64,000 nucleotides of DNA, taken from contig CAVXWP010000009.1 of assembly GCA_963765495.1 (NCBI GenBank), forward strand, positions 288,001-352,000, written 5' to 3'. A program made the position numbers and the translations under genes. The DNA is from Blastocatellia bacterium (lineage in GTDB: Bacteria; Acidobacteriota; Blastocatellia; UBA7656). Below, piece after piece: positions 48,401-57,389 of the stretch; within the stretch, counting starts at the first letter, position 1, and each line of letters starts with the position of its first letter. The notes beneath the pieces were generated by a model, which was not told the DNA's origin, searched no databases, and saw only the letters and a program-made list of their open reading frames with translations.

Positions 48401-48615
48401 ACTTCTCGAAACCTGTCGAAGGCAGTACGGCTGCGACCTTGATTGCTTCTCAGTACAATGCAATATCGAGCAAGACATTGCCTGAGACGGAAAATGATCC
48501 GCTCGGCCCCCCAAACTCGCTAGACGCAAGTAGCGAGGTGATAGCCACAGACATCCGTCACGGCAGGCTGGTCTTTAACACGGGTAGCTTAAGACCTGTC
48601 GGCGAGTGTATTTGA
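45460..48615 (+). CDS. PAS-GAF-PAS-PAS-GGDEF-EAL diguanylate cyclase/phosphodiesterase
   Basis: HDPLT.LPNR, RPGD I-site plus GGDEF, EALVRW, DDFGTGYSSL, AEGIET. Confidence 0.95.
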   Translation: MRNTLSTIEQDIFAKSRLDDLRFVIDSIRSPILVLDCGGRVAGFNQAAKAIIHLSDEAIQGQPIERLIPQKLWANVAEQISRTWYDHDEVFLESVDETDGKVWEFTIRALPHSEQGRHTLLIANDITRFKQTGHTTQTQSEYLTAINEISLGLMNRLDTHDILRIIIERVCAILKTTDAFICLIDSDGREMMLSVGVGKMSGYVGVCFKPHEGLPGQVWQTCEPVVVNGFCPWPAHTSTDQHDKFHSMAGVPLKSDAYVMGVLGLASQDIERQIGADEIEALTNFAMLASIALDNAQMYRAMRQELTERNRAEDAQRDSEENYRLLFESNPLPLWVYDRQTLSFLAVNDAAVRHYGYSREEFLSMTTKELQYPGSTGELLLKFSKAIPELTNTGSWKHRKKDGEVIDVEIVSHEILFGGRQASLALMNDVTERKHAEETLQKREEHFRSLIENASDLILILNGHGTLSYLSPSAERELGYSQVELVGRNVYEFVHPEDFSSAFSAITHTIQTPGGSQPIELRIRPKNGPWRTYEAISKCITNDSGEQNIIVNARDITERKAAEQQLQHDALHDPLTNLPNRLVFMDRLGQAIRRAKRRSGYLFAVLFVDLDHFKLVNDSLGHIAGDHLLIAMARRLVKSLRPGDTIARIGGDEFTILLEDIEDASAAVEITQRIQDEISIPFNLEEQPVYVSSSIGIAIGPEGYDWPEEILRDADTALYQAKGLGKSCHVIFDANMRAEAIRLLQLRTDLSQALERDEFRLYYQPIVSLETSRIEGFEALVRWQHPKYGLSAPGQFIAVAEETNLINPLGMWVLGEACRQASHWQALHPKEPPLFVSVNLSVKQLAQTGIVDQIGQILDETGFDPQSLKLEITESIFMTNPESTVLILLQLKELGVKLVIDDFGTGYSSLSYLHKFPFDMLKIDRAFVSSMNTNKKNAEIVRTIVLFAHSLGMTVIAEGIETVEQLSELKALRCEQGQGYHFSKPVEGSTAATLIASQYNAISSKTLPETENDPLGPPNSLDASSEVIATDIRHGRLVFNTGSLRPVGECI

Positions 48616-48935
48616 AAACCGCCGTAATTTTATAAAACTATTGAAAATATATCGGAAACGGGTACCATAGTCGTGTCAATCGGGTAATATGCTTAATCTA
48701 TCTTGCAGGCCCTTTATGTTTTCATCCCCTGACCCCCTCTCAGACAGGCGAAATAATTTATGACAGCCCTCCTCAGGTTCGGCGAACGAAAAAGAATGTA
48801 CCAATTATGAAGATGGATTGAAGGCTTATAAGCATCTATGTAAATCCACCTAGATTACTGCAAATCACTTTCATCAGTCCCTTTGATTATATTGCTCCCT
48901 GCTGACCAATCCCCCTCAATGACGAACGATATTTC

Positions 48936-50726
48936 ATGCGATTGCGTAGTAGAATACTGACCAGCGTAATTATATCCACGCTTCTACTCTTTCCCAGGCT
49001 CAGTTTATGGAAAACCGGCAGAGGTGTAGCTTGCGATTCGTCGCGAGCCCCGATCTCGCCAGCCGAGAGTTTCCTCCTCGATCCCTTTGATTATCGCGCC
49101 AACACTTTTCAGAATCTCCCCCGGAAGAGCTACCTTTCGGATCGTTCACACTCTGATTCCAATACACTATATCCGCCAAGTAATATTACCCACTTTGATG
49201 TAAAACCTGCGGGGCCAGGAAAGCCCGGGAAGCGAAATTACAATTATAATAGTTTATCAATGGAGGAGGAGCAGGGGGGGAACTTTACATCCTCTCGCGA
49301 GACGCCAGTCCGCCGAGGCGCCGCTGCGCCTTTTGGCGCTGCGCCTTTTGGCGCGCCCGATTTCGGCAAAGTATCAGAGAGGGCAGAGGTGACAAACGTA
49401 AACAGTTTTAGCGGGCCGGACCAGGCTCGCATCATAATAGAGTTGACCAGGGAAGCGAAGTACAGGCTGAGAAAAACAGATGATGATCACTTGATACTCT
49501 CATTAGAGAATGGCCTGATTTCCCCTTCGCTATCTGACCGCCACTTCAGTGTCAGCAGTTATAATCTTCTAAGGCAAATCAGCGTTTCAGATAAGTATGT
49601 GAACTCACTCAAGAAGGGTCGGGGGCAAGCGACCGGAAATGCTTTTGGATCATATAGCAATTCGGGTGTGGAGTTTGAGATCGAAGTCGGATTTCCTTCA
49701 TCAGTCTCTGTGGAACCGACGATGGCTCCAGACCGCGTTATATTAGATATTAATGTCAAAAAAACAGAGGAGTCTATCCCGCAGCCTCCACAGGCGCAGA
49801 GCAAAACCACTCTGATGGATACAGAGGCACATCCTGATGACAGGCACGAGGAGGTATCCAGTTCGCCTGACTTAAACGAGGTTGTCCCCTTTTTTGATTC
49901 GATAAAGCCAGAGGCGATTAGAATCGAGCAAGAGACCGAAGAGATCCAGCCTGATCAGGCAGGCGGGAATAAAATTGCCGGACCACAAATCAAGCGCATA
50001 GTCATAGACCCCGGCCACGGAGGCCGAGATTCGGGGTCTGTAAGCCGGGGCGGAATACTTGAAAAGGACGTAGTGCTTGATGTTGCCTTGCGGCTCAGGG
50101 ATTACATCAGGCTTGTACATCCTGACATCGAAATTATCTTGACCAGGGATGTAGATCGCTTCGTTTCTCTCGAAAATCGCGCATTTCTTGGAAACGTATT
50201 GCAGGCCGATCTATTCATATCAATTCACGCGAATGCGAGCAATTCATCCGCAGCCTCGGGGGTGGAAACCTATGTCATGAATCAGGATTTAGAAACTCAG
50301 GATTACCCTGACCCAATCGAATCTGAGCGCGCCCCATTCGATTCCTTACGATCCGATGATCAAGCGCCTTATCATAGAAAGCCCACAGCCACGACCCCGC
50401 CCAACCCTGATCGTATGGCAGCCTCTTGCGAGCTTGCATCACATATCCAGGCAAGCCTCGTTCAGGGAATAACGAGCGAATCGCCCGGGTTAGGAATCAA
50501 TAGAGGCGTCAAACATGCGTCTTTCCTGGTGCTGCGAAATACAAGGATGCCAAGTGTGCTTGCCGAAATTTCTTTCCTTTCTAACCCCCGCGAGGAGGCG
50601 TTGCTAAGGTCAACTGAATTTCGTAGCCGAATAGCAGCTTTCTTATTCAAGGGGCTTGATGCCTACTTAAATAGTAATAACCGAAAGCAAATTCGGGAAA
50701 AAATTCCTAAGCAGATGTCAAATTGA
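48936..50726 (+). CDS. N-acetylmuramoyl-L-alanine amidase (Amidase_3) with AMIN-like domain
   Basis: IDPGHGG, LEKD, SIHAN, PSVLAE..FLSN; N-terminal signal/anchor. Confidence 0.88.
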   Translation: MRLRSRILTSVIISTLLLFPRLSLWKTGRGVACDSSRAPISPAESFLLDPFDYRANTFQNLPRKSYLSDRSHSDSNTLYPPSNITHFDVKPAGPGKPGKRNYNYNSLSMEEEQGGNFTSSRETPVRRGAAAPFGAAPFGAPDFGKVSERAEVTNVNSFSGPDQARIIIELTREAKYRLRKTDDDHLILSLENGLISPSLSDRHFSVSSYNLLRQISVSDKYVNSLKKGRGQATGNAFGSYSNSGVEFEIEVGFPSSVSVEPTMAPDRVILDINVKKTEESIPQPPQAQSKTTLMDTEAHPDDRHEEVSSSPDLNEVVPFFDSIKPEAIRIEQETEEIQPDQAGGNKIAGPQIKRIVIDPGHGGRDSGSVSRGGILEKDVVLDVALRLRDYIRLVHPDIEIILTRDVDRFVSLENRAFLGNVLQADLFISIHANASNSSAASGVETYVMNQDLETQDYPDPIESERAPFDSLRSDDQAPYHRKPTATTPPNPDRMAASCELASHIQASLVQGITSESPGLGINRGVKHASFLVLRNTRMPSVLAEISFLSNPREEALLRSTEFRSRIAAFLFKGLDAYLNSNNRKQIREKIPKQMSN

Positions 50727-50857
50727 CTCAGACAAAAAATGCATTCAATCTGATTGACAGAAAGAGCTATCATAGACAGCCCGACAATTCACTCGATTCG
50801 ACCCCTATTTGCTGAATTATAAGCATTTATGTCCTTACAATCATGTTCAAATGGTTC

Positions 50858-50873
50858 TGGCATCGGGTTTGCT
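50858..50873 (+). promoter_or_regulatory. Sigma54 (-24/-12) promoter candidate
   Basis: TGGCATC-GGGT-TTGCT with exact GG-N10-GC spacing. Confidence 0.65.
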
Positions 50874-51110
50874 CTTATAAATTGTCGTGGCCGAATGCAA
50901 TATGTTTTGACGGTTTAGGGCAAAGAGTTTCCTCAGGTATTGATATACAAGAGCAGTGTAGAACAGGGTTGAGCCGCTCCTTTATTCCTTTATCTGATTG
51001 CAGTCCGCTTACTGCAAGAGTCGGCGAGCGGAATGAATTTGCCCCTCGAAAATATTCTGAAAGAATTCCCAGGAATAATCCTTTTTCTGGCTGAGTAAGG
51101 TTGAATAGTC

Positions 51111-52862
51111 ATGAAATTATCATCAGTCGTTTCAGGCATATCTAAAAGGCGGGGCAAAAAGTCGGCCACACCAAAGGAGGAGGTAATCGATCTATCCAGC
51201 GCTTGCGAAGATCATTCGTATGATGACCTCAATGACATACACACTACTGTAGAATACAGTGAACCATTCGGCGCAGAAGAGACGCCAGCAGACGAGCAGT
51301 TTCGGTCAGATGATGCCAGGGAGGAAGTCACCTCTGCCGACTCGATGTCGGGCGAATGCTCGGGAGACGAGGAAAGCGCTCTGGAAGTCGAAGACGCCGC
51401 TTTCGAGATCGTGGCTGGCTGCGTTGTAGAAGTGATGGACCCGGGTGATCAGGAAACTGGTTTGGACTTCAGCTACTCTGCTTTCCAGGACCAGGTTGCC
51501 GGTTCGATGGATGAGGCTACGAAAAGGTTTCTTGAGCAAGCGAAATCAGGCTCGCTCTTAGAGATGGACACCTCCACACGAGAAGAACTGGCCCGCGCAT
51601 TTCCCTCTGCCGCAAAGATCGATTGCGACCCCCGAATTGAGGCCGATTCTTCCTGCAATGAAGAATTCTCTCCCCAGGCTGCGCCCGTTCAGATTGATCA
51701 GCCATCGCAGCAGATGAATGATTTGCAGCATCAATACAATCGTCGCAGGGATAACCGAAGAGAGCTTTGTTTGCCTGTAATCGTAAAGGGGTACGATCAG
51801 GATCGCGGCGAATGGGAAGAAGAATCGGAAACAATCGATGTGAGCCGGTTCGGCATAGTCCTCCGCATAAGCAAGCGGATGAAACACAGCATGATTGTGC
51901 ATCTTTCATTGCCTTTACCATCGGAGTTACGCAGCTACGATCATTCTGAGTCCGACTATCGCGTCTACGCAATCGTGAGAAGAGTAGAAGCGGCCATAAA
52001 AGGCATGCGAATCATTGCACTCGAATTCATTGGCCAGCATCCGCCAATCGGATACATTGAAGAGCCGTGGGCCTGCTTTCAAAGCAACAAGTGGAGCGGG
52101 AGAGAGCGCAGGAAAGAGCCTCGCGAGGAGAGAAACGATATAGTCTGGATAGAGTACCTGGATGAAGCTATGCAATGTATCTCCAGAGAGGTAACCCGCA
52201 CCGAAGATCTCAGCAGCACCGGCATGCGCGTTTCGGTCAAGTCTGCTCCTCCCGATTTTGAGGTAGCAAGAGTGAGCTATCCGAGTCGCAGTCTGGAAAT
52301 CTGCGCCGTAGTCTGTAATCGGTACAAAGACAAAGATGGCCTCGAACGGCTATGCCTGCAATTCCTCGATAATGCCTGGCATGTAAACTCCCTGCGGGCA
52401 CAGAAGGGGGCTGATGAATGGGTCCAGATGGAAACTCCCTTTGAAGAGCAAAAGAGGATACTCCTGGCAGAAGACGACCCCGTCCTGCGCAAGGTGCTTG
52501 GGCGAATGCTCAAAGAGGCAGGGTACGAGTTGATAATGGCTGATGATGGCAAGAGCGCAGTGGAGAAGGCGACCAGAGAAAGCCCCGATCTAGTATTGAC
52601 CGATGCCCTGATGCCACACATGCACGGCTTCATGGTTTGCAAGGCGGTAAAGGAATTACCCAACCCCCCGGCTGTAATTATCCTGACGGGAGTTTATGTG
52701 AACCCGGTCTACAGACGAGAAACCCAGACCAAGTATGGCGCGGATGCGATGGTAACCAAACCGTTTGAGATTTCACAGTTGCTGGCCCTGATCAAAGATC
52801 TTGTTACAAACAGGGTGCGATCTCTAAAACCACAGGAACAGCTTTCAATGGTCAATGCGTGA
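51111..52862 (+). CDS. Acidic N-terminus + PilZ + PilZ + receiver-domain protein
   Basis: RRDNRR..DVSRFG; RRKEPR..DLSSTG; ILLAEDD..LTDALMP..TKPF. Confidence 0.82.
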   Translation: MKLSSVVSGISKRRGKKSATPKEEVIDLSSACEDHSYDDLNDIHTTVEYSEPFGAEETPADEQFRSDDAREEVTSADSMSGECSGDEESALEVEDAAFEIVAGCVVEVMDPGDQETGLDFSYSAFQDQVAGSMDEATKRFLEQAKSGSLLEMDTSTREELARAFPSAAKIDCDPRIEADSSCNEEFSPQAAPVQIDQPSQQMNDLQHQYNRRRDNRRELCLPVIVKGYDQDRGEWEEESETIDVSRFGIVLRISKRMKHSMIVHLSLPLPSELRSYDHSESDYRVYAIVRRVEAAIKGMRIIALEFIGQHPPIGYIEEPWACFQSNKWSGRERRKEPREERNDIVWIEYLDEAMQCISREVTRTEDLSSTGMRVSVKSAPPDFEVARVSYPSRSLEICAVVCNRYKDKDGLERLCLQFLDNAWHVNSLRAQKGADEWVQMETPFEEQKRILLAEDDPVLRKVLGRMLKEAGYELIMADDGKSAVEKATRESPDLVLTDALMPHMHGFMVCKAVKELPNPPAVIILTGVYVNPVYRRETQTKYGADAMVTKPFEISQLLALIKDLVTNRVRSLKPQEQLSMVNA

Positions 52863-52886
52863 TCGGTAAAGAGTGACAAAGAATCA

Positions 52887-52940
52887 GACAGGGTTTACAG
52901 GATTTTCCGGCCGTCTCTCAATAATTCTGTAAACCCCGTC
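52887..52940. repeat. Nonamer-type (ACAGGATTT-like) hairpin, possible terminator
   Basis: gacagggtttacaggatt / aattctgtaaaccccgtc (16/18). Confidence 0.6.
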
Positions 52941-53184
52941 AAAAAATTTATCTCTTCACACACACTTTCATCCGTTCTGATTTGCAGCCTCCTTTCAGGT
53001 AAGCTCAATCCCTGTCCACTCTAAACACCGGGACCAGGTTCAACACTTCGTTCCATTCTCGCGGCAGTTCATACCTCGTTCACTCTTTTCGCGTCAAACC
53101 GCTTGCCTTGAACGGGACAGGACAATTATAGTCCGCATCCGTAGGCAAAATTTTCTCCACTAAACATCCATCGAGGTTTAGAAA

Positions 53185-54777
53185 ATGGCAAATCAACTCT
53201 TTGCGAGAAAACCGCTTTCTCTTCTGCTGGAAGAGATGGCAGGCGAGCACCGTCTGCGTCGCGTGCTCGGTCCTGTAACTCTCACAAGCCTTGGCGTAGG
53301 TGCAATCATCGGCGCGGGCATATTCGTAGTCACGGGCGCGGCGGCGCACGACAAAGCGGGACCGGCGCTTATGCTCTCTTATGTAGTGGCCGGAACCGCC
53401 TGTATATTTGCCGCTCTCTGTTATGCCGAATTCGCCTCCATGGCTCCGGTCGCCGGGTCGGCTTACACTTATGCATACACCACGCTTGGCGAATTGTTTG
53501 CCTGGATCATTGGCTGGGACCTTGTGCTGGAATACGCGGTCGGAGCGGCAACGGTCGCAAACGGCTGGTCCTCTTATTTCCAATCAATTCTCAGCAACCC
53601 GCTGATATTCGGCTACACCCTGCCAAAAGCGATTAACGGCCCGCCCATCAATTACGACCCGTCGCTCGGGCAGGTAGTCTCTACCGGCTCGATAATCAAT
53701 CTGCCCGCCGTCTTTGTCGTAGCGGTTGTCACCGTTGTTCTGGTTGTGGGGATAAAAGAGAGCGCGGGCTTTAACGCCGCGATGGTTATGGTAAAGGTCA
53801 CCTGCGTGCTTTTCGTGATCATTGTGGGCGCGTTCTACATCAACCCGGCCAACTGGCGGCCCTTCGCGCCTTACGGTTATACGGGACTCAGTTTCTTCGG
53901 CAAGACGATAGCCGGATTGAAGGATGCCGGGGGCCAGCCTATTGGAATGCTCGCGGGGTCGGCAATAATATTTTTCGCCTACATCGGTTTCGATTCCGTC
54001 TCTACGCATTCGGAAGAGGCGCGCAACCCACAGCGCGACGTGCCCATCGGCATAATCGTTTCGCTGATCGTCTGCACATTGCTTTACATAGCGATGGTGG
54101 CGGTGCTGACAGGGATGGTTCCTTATAACGAGATCAAAGTGGACGCGCCCGTTGCGGCGGCATTCCGGCAGGTAGGCTTGAACTGGGCAGAGTTTTTGAT
54201 AGCCGTGGGTGGCGTCACAGGCATAACATCGGTCATGCTTGTGATGATGCTCAGCCAGCCGCGAGTCCTGCTCGCCATGGCGCGCGACGGGCTTTTGCCA
54301 AAGAGCTTTTTTGGCGCGGTCCACGAAAAGTATCGCACGCCCTGGAAATCGACTATTCTGACTGGAGTCTTTGTCGGTTCTCTGGCCGCTTTTCTGCCCA
54401 TAAACATTTTGACCGATCTCGTGAACATCGGAACGCTTCTGGCCTTTGTTATAGTCTGCGCGGCGGTGCTTATAATGCGGCGGACACACCCGGATGCCAA
54501 CCGCCCGTTTCGCGCGCCGCTTGTGCCGCTAATGCCGATCCTCGGCATACTGATCTGTACGCTGCTGATGTTCTCGCTCCCGCCTGAAAACTGGCTGCGA
54601 CTCTTTATCTGGCTCTTGCTTGGATTTGTGATCTATTTCGGTTACGGTAAACGCCATAGCGTGATGGCTCACGCGCTCGCTCACGAAGTAGGCAAGCACG
54701 GCGCATCACCGGCCGGGTCCCTGGCTACTGAAACCGAGTCCGTGCCGGAAGGCTCACCGGGAGCCAAACGCGAATAG
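53185..54777 (+). CDS. APC-superfamily amino-acid permease (paralog of 39159 gene)
   Basis: GAIIGAGIF, CYAEFAS..P.AGSAY.Y, FFAYIGFD, MARDGLLP. Confidence 0.92.
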   Translation: MANQLFARKPLSLLLEEMAGEHRLRRVLGPVTLTSLGVGAIIGAGIFVVTGAAAHDKAGPALMLSYVVAGTACIFAALCYAEFASMAPVAGSAYTYAYTTLGELFAWIIGWDLVLEYAVGAATVANGWSSYFQSILSNPLIFGYTLPKAINGPPINYDPSLGQVVSTGSIINLPAVFVVAVVTVVLVVGIKESAGFNAAMVMVKVTCVLFVIIVGAFYINPANWRPFAPYGYTGLSFFGKTIAGLKDAGGQPIGMLAGSAIIFFAYIGFDSVSTHSEEARNPQRDVPIGIIVSLIVCTLLYIAMVAVLTGMVPYNEIKVDAPVAAAFRQVGLNWAEFLIAVGGVTGITSVMLVMMLSQPRVLLAMARDGLLPKSFFGAVHEKYRTPWKSTILTGVFVGSLAAFLPINILTDLVNIGTLLAFVIVCAAVLIMRRTHPDANRPFRAPLVPLMPILGILICTLLMFSLPPENWLRLFIWLLLGFVIYFGYGKRHSVMAHALAHEVGKHGASPAGSLATETESVPEGSPGAKRE

Positions 54778-54782
54778 GTGGG

Positions 54783-54864
54783 AATGATGCGTGATGCGTG
54801 ACCGGAACCAGCAATCTATCAAAACAACGGATCACTCTTCACGCATCACGCTTCACGCTTCATT
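54783..54864. repeat. Family A hairpin with conserved core, between convergent genes
   Basis: gtgaccggaaccagcaatctatcaaaacaacggatcac. Confidence 0.85.
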
Positions 54865-57283
54865 ATTCGTGTCTGAGCGCGATCATCGGATCAACTTTCG
54901 TGGCTCGCCGGGCAGGCACATAACAGGCCAGAAAGGCCACGACGGCAAGCACCACAGGGATGGCCGCAAATGTCCACGGATCGGTAGTGCTCACCTTAAA
55001 GAGCATGTCCGACATAAAGCTAGACATCAGCTTGGCCAGAGCGAGTGCTCCGCCCAGACCGATTCCAAGCCCGAGCCCGGTCAAAGCCATTCCCTGACCC
55101 ACGACCATCTTCAGCACATCGCCGCGCCCCGCTCCAAGCGCCATGCGAATCCCTATTTCGTGCGTTCGCTGCGTGACCGAATAAGCCATCACACCGTAAA
55201 GACCTACCCCGGCCAAAAGCATCGCCACCCCTGCAAAGACGCCCAGCAGAAGCATCGAGAATCGCTGTTGCGCGACCGATGCGGATAATATTTCGGTTAC
55301 GGGCGTTATCCGCGAAACCGGCTGGTCTTTATCGATAGCCTGAACCTGACTGCGGATGGCCGCGCCCAGACCGGCCACATCGCCCTGACTGCGCACGATG
55401 AGCGTCATGTATGTGGTCGGTTTCTGCAAGTACGGCTCATAGGTTTGCAGCGTGGTCTCCTTATCCAGCCCGTATTGCTTCACATCGCCCACTATGCCGA
55501 CAATCTCGCGGAAAGTCTCGGGGCCGTTGGTCACGTTTATCCGCTTGCCGATAGGGTCTTCGCCGGGGAAAAAGCGCTTGGCCATTGACTCGCTGATTAT
55601 GGCGACATGCGGCGAGTCTTTCGTGTCGTTTTCTGTGAAGAAGCGCCCTCTCAAAAGAGGTATGCCCATCGCTTTAAAGTAATCGGGGCTTATGGCGTAA
55701 TAGTTTGTCGAAGGCTCCTGACCGGGCGGGTCGGGCGGGCGGCCTTCGATATTGAAACCCAGCACGTAATCCCCCGTGAGCGGCAGCACGTTGGTAGCGC
55801 CCACATCTTCTACGCCCGGCAAAGTCGAAACATTTTGAATAAGCTGGCGAAAGAAGGCCACTTCCTGATCATCTTCCGCGTACTTCTTCTGCGGCAGCGC
55901 AAGAAAAACGGCGGTCGCATTTTTGGCGTTGTATCCGGGGTCAACATGTTGAAGCGTGATAAAGCTTCTGATCAAGAGGCCAGCGCCCACAAGCAGGATC
56001 AGGGCCAGCGCGATCTCGACAACGACCAGAGTGTTGCGAATGCGCTGACGGCGACCGCCTTCGGTCGAGCCCCTTCCTCCTTCTTTCAAGGTTTCGTTCA
56101 GGTCGGGGCGGCTCGCCTGCAATGCGGGCATAAGACCAAAGAGCGCGCCCGTAAAGACTGTGATGAGAAAAGTGAACCCGAGCGCGCGCGCATCAACTGC
56201 CACATCTTTCACGCGGGGAAGATTCTCAGGCGCAAGCGTGAGCAGGAGGTCCAGCCCCCAGATGGCCAGAAGCAATCCGACCGCTCCGCCCGCAAGCGCA
56301 AGCAACACGCTTTCGGTCAGCAACTGTCGAGCTATGCGCCAGCGGCTTGCGCCGAGAGCGGTCCGAATTGAAATCTCTTTCTGACGCGAGGCGGCCCGCG
56401 CAAGCAAAAGGTTTGCGACGTTTACGCAGGCTATCAGCAGGACTAGCGCGACCGCGCCAAGCAGCACAAGCAGAGCCGGGCGAACTTCGCCCACTTCGGC
56501 TTCGAGCATAGGAATGAGTTTTACGCTCCATCCGGCATTGCTGTCGGGAAATTGCTGTTCCAGATTGCTGGCAATGGCTACCATCTCCGTCTGAGCCTGC
56601 TCGAAACTGACTCCCGGTTTGAGCCGTCCGACGGCCCCTACGTAATGGCCTCCATGACTTGCGCGATCTCTCGCATCGAAAGCCATCGGCGTCCAGAGGT
56701 CGGCTTCGCGGTAGGGGAACCGAAACGTTTCGGGCATAATTCCTATCACGGTGTATATCTCACCGCCGAGGTTCAGCGTCTGCCCTACAAAATTCGGGTC
56801 GCCTCCGAAGTTTCTGAGCCAGAGGCCGTGGCTTACCAGAACCACCTTATCGTGGCCCGGCTGATCTTCTTCGGGCAGAAAATCGCGCCCCTTTTCCGGC
56901 GCGACTCCAAGCAGCGAAAGCATCCCCGAGGTGAACTTCGCGCCACGCAGCCGCTCCGGCTCTCCCTTGCCTATCAGATTAAAGGTTGTCCCCCGATGAG
57001 CCTCTATCCGGTCGAAAAGGGTGTTCTGCTCCTGCCAGGAGAGGAAATTTGCGGGCGCTACGGAAAACTCGGGAAACTGCGGAAGCTTTGTCTCGCGAAA
57101 GACCATAAGGCGGTCGGGGTCGTCAAAGGGAAGCGGGCGCAGCAGCACCGTATTGACTACGCTGAAAATAGCCGTGTTGGCCCCGATGCCGAGCGCGAGA
57201 GCAATCACGGCAATGACGGTGAAACCCGGTTTGCGGGTCATCATTCGAACGCCATAGCGAATATCTTGAAAAAAAGTGCTCAT
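54863..57283 (-). CDS. ADOP-type duplicated ABC permease (MacB/FtsX x2)
   Basis: [57 protein letters not shown]. Confidence 0.92.
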   Translation of the reverse strand: MSTFFQDIRYGVRMMTRKPGFTVIAVIALALGIGANTAIFSVVNTVLLRPLPFDDPDRLMVFRETKLPQFPEFSVAPANFLSWQEQNTLFDRIEAHRGTTFNLIGKGEPERLRGAKFTSGMLSLLGVAPEKGRDFLPEEDQPGHDKVVLVSHGLWLRNFGGDPNFVGQTLNLGGEIYTVIGIMPETFRFPYREADLWTPMAFDARDRASHGGHYVGAVGRLKPGVSFEQAQTEMVAIASNLEQQFPDSNAGWSVKLIPMLEAEVGEVRPALLVLLGAVALVLLIACVNVANLLLARAASRQKEISIRTALGASRWRIARQLLTESVLLALAGGAVGLLLAIWGLDLLLTLAPENLPRVKDVAVDARALGFTFLITVFTGALFGLMPALQASRPDLNETLKEGGRGSTEGGRRQRIRNTLVVVEIALALILLVGAGLLIRSFITLQHVDPGYNAKNATAVFLALPQKKYAEDDQEVAFFRQLIQNVSTLPGVEDVGATNVLPLTGDYVLGFNIEGRPPDPPGQEPSTNYYAISPDYFKAMGIPLLRGRFFTENDTKDSPHVAIISESMAKRFFPGEDPIGKRINVTNGPETFREIVGIVGDVKQYGLDKETTLQTYEPYLQKPTTYMTLIVRSQGDVAGLGAAIRSQVQAIDKDQPVSRITPVTEILSASVAQQRFSMLLLGVFAGVAMLLAGVGLYGVMAYSVTQRTHEIGIRMALGAGRGDVLKMVVGQGMALTGLGLGIGLGGALALAKLMSSFMSDMLFKVSTTDPWTFAAIPVVLAVVAFLACYVPARRATKVDPMIALRHE

Positions 57284-57304
57284 TGAGTAACCTCCGGGAT
57301 AAGG

Positions 57305-57388
57305 GCGTGATGCGCGATGCGTGATGCGTGATCCGTTGTTTTGATAGACTGCTGGTTCCGGTCACGCATCACGCATCGCGCATCACGC
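57305..57388. repeat. Family A hairpin, 27-bp perfect arms, conserved core on minus strand
   Basis: gcgtgatgcgcgatgcgtgatgcgtga / tcacgcatcacgcatcgcgcatcacgc. Confidence 0.9.
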
Positions 57389-57389
57389 A

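Noticed and set aside
49323-49367. AAPFG-AAPFG-APDFG repeat in the amidase
   Set aside because: Simple 15-bp duplication in a low-complexity linker; no further structure
50843-51094. 83-aa ORF upstream of the PilZ-REC gene
   Set aside because: Overlaps the sigma54 motif, has no RBS or protein features; more likely promoter/UTR
44800-51110. c-di-GMP riboswitch upstream of the c-di-GMP genes
   Set aside because: No recognisable GEMM-type core seen by eye; an Rfam scan would be needed to exclude it
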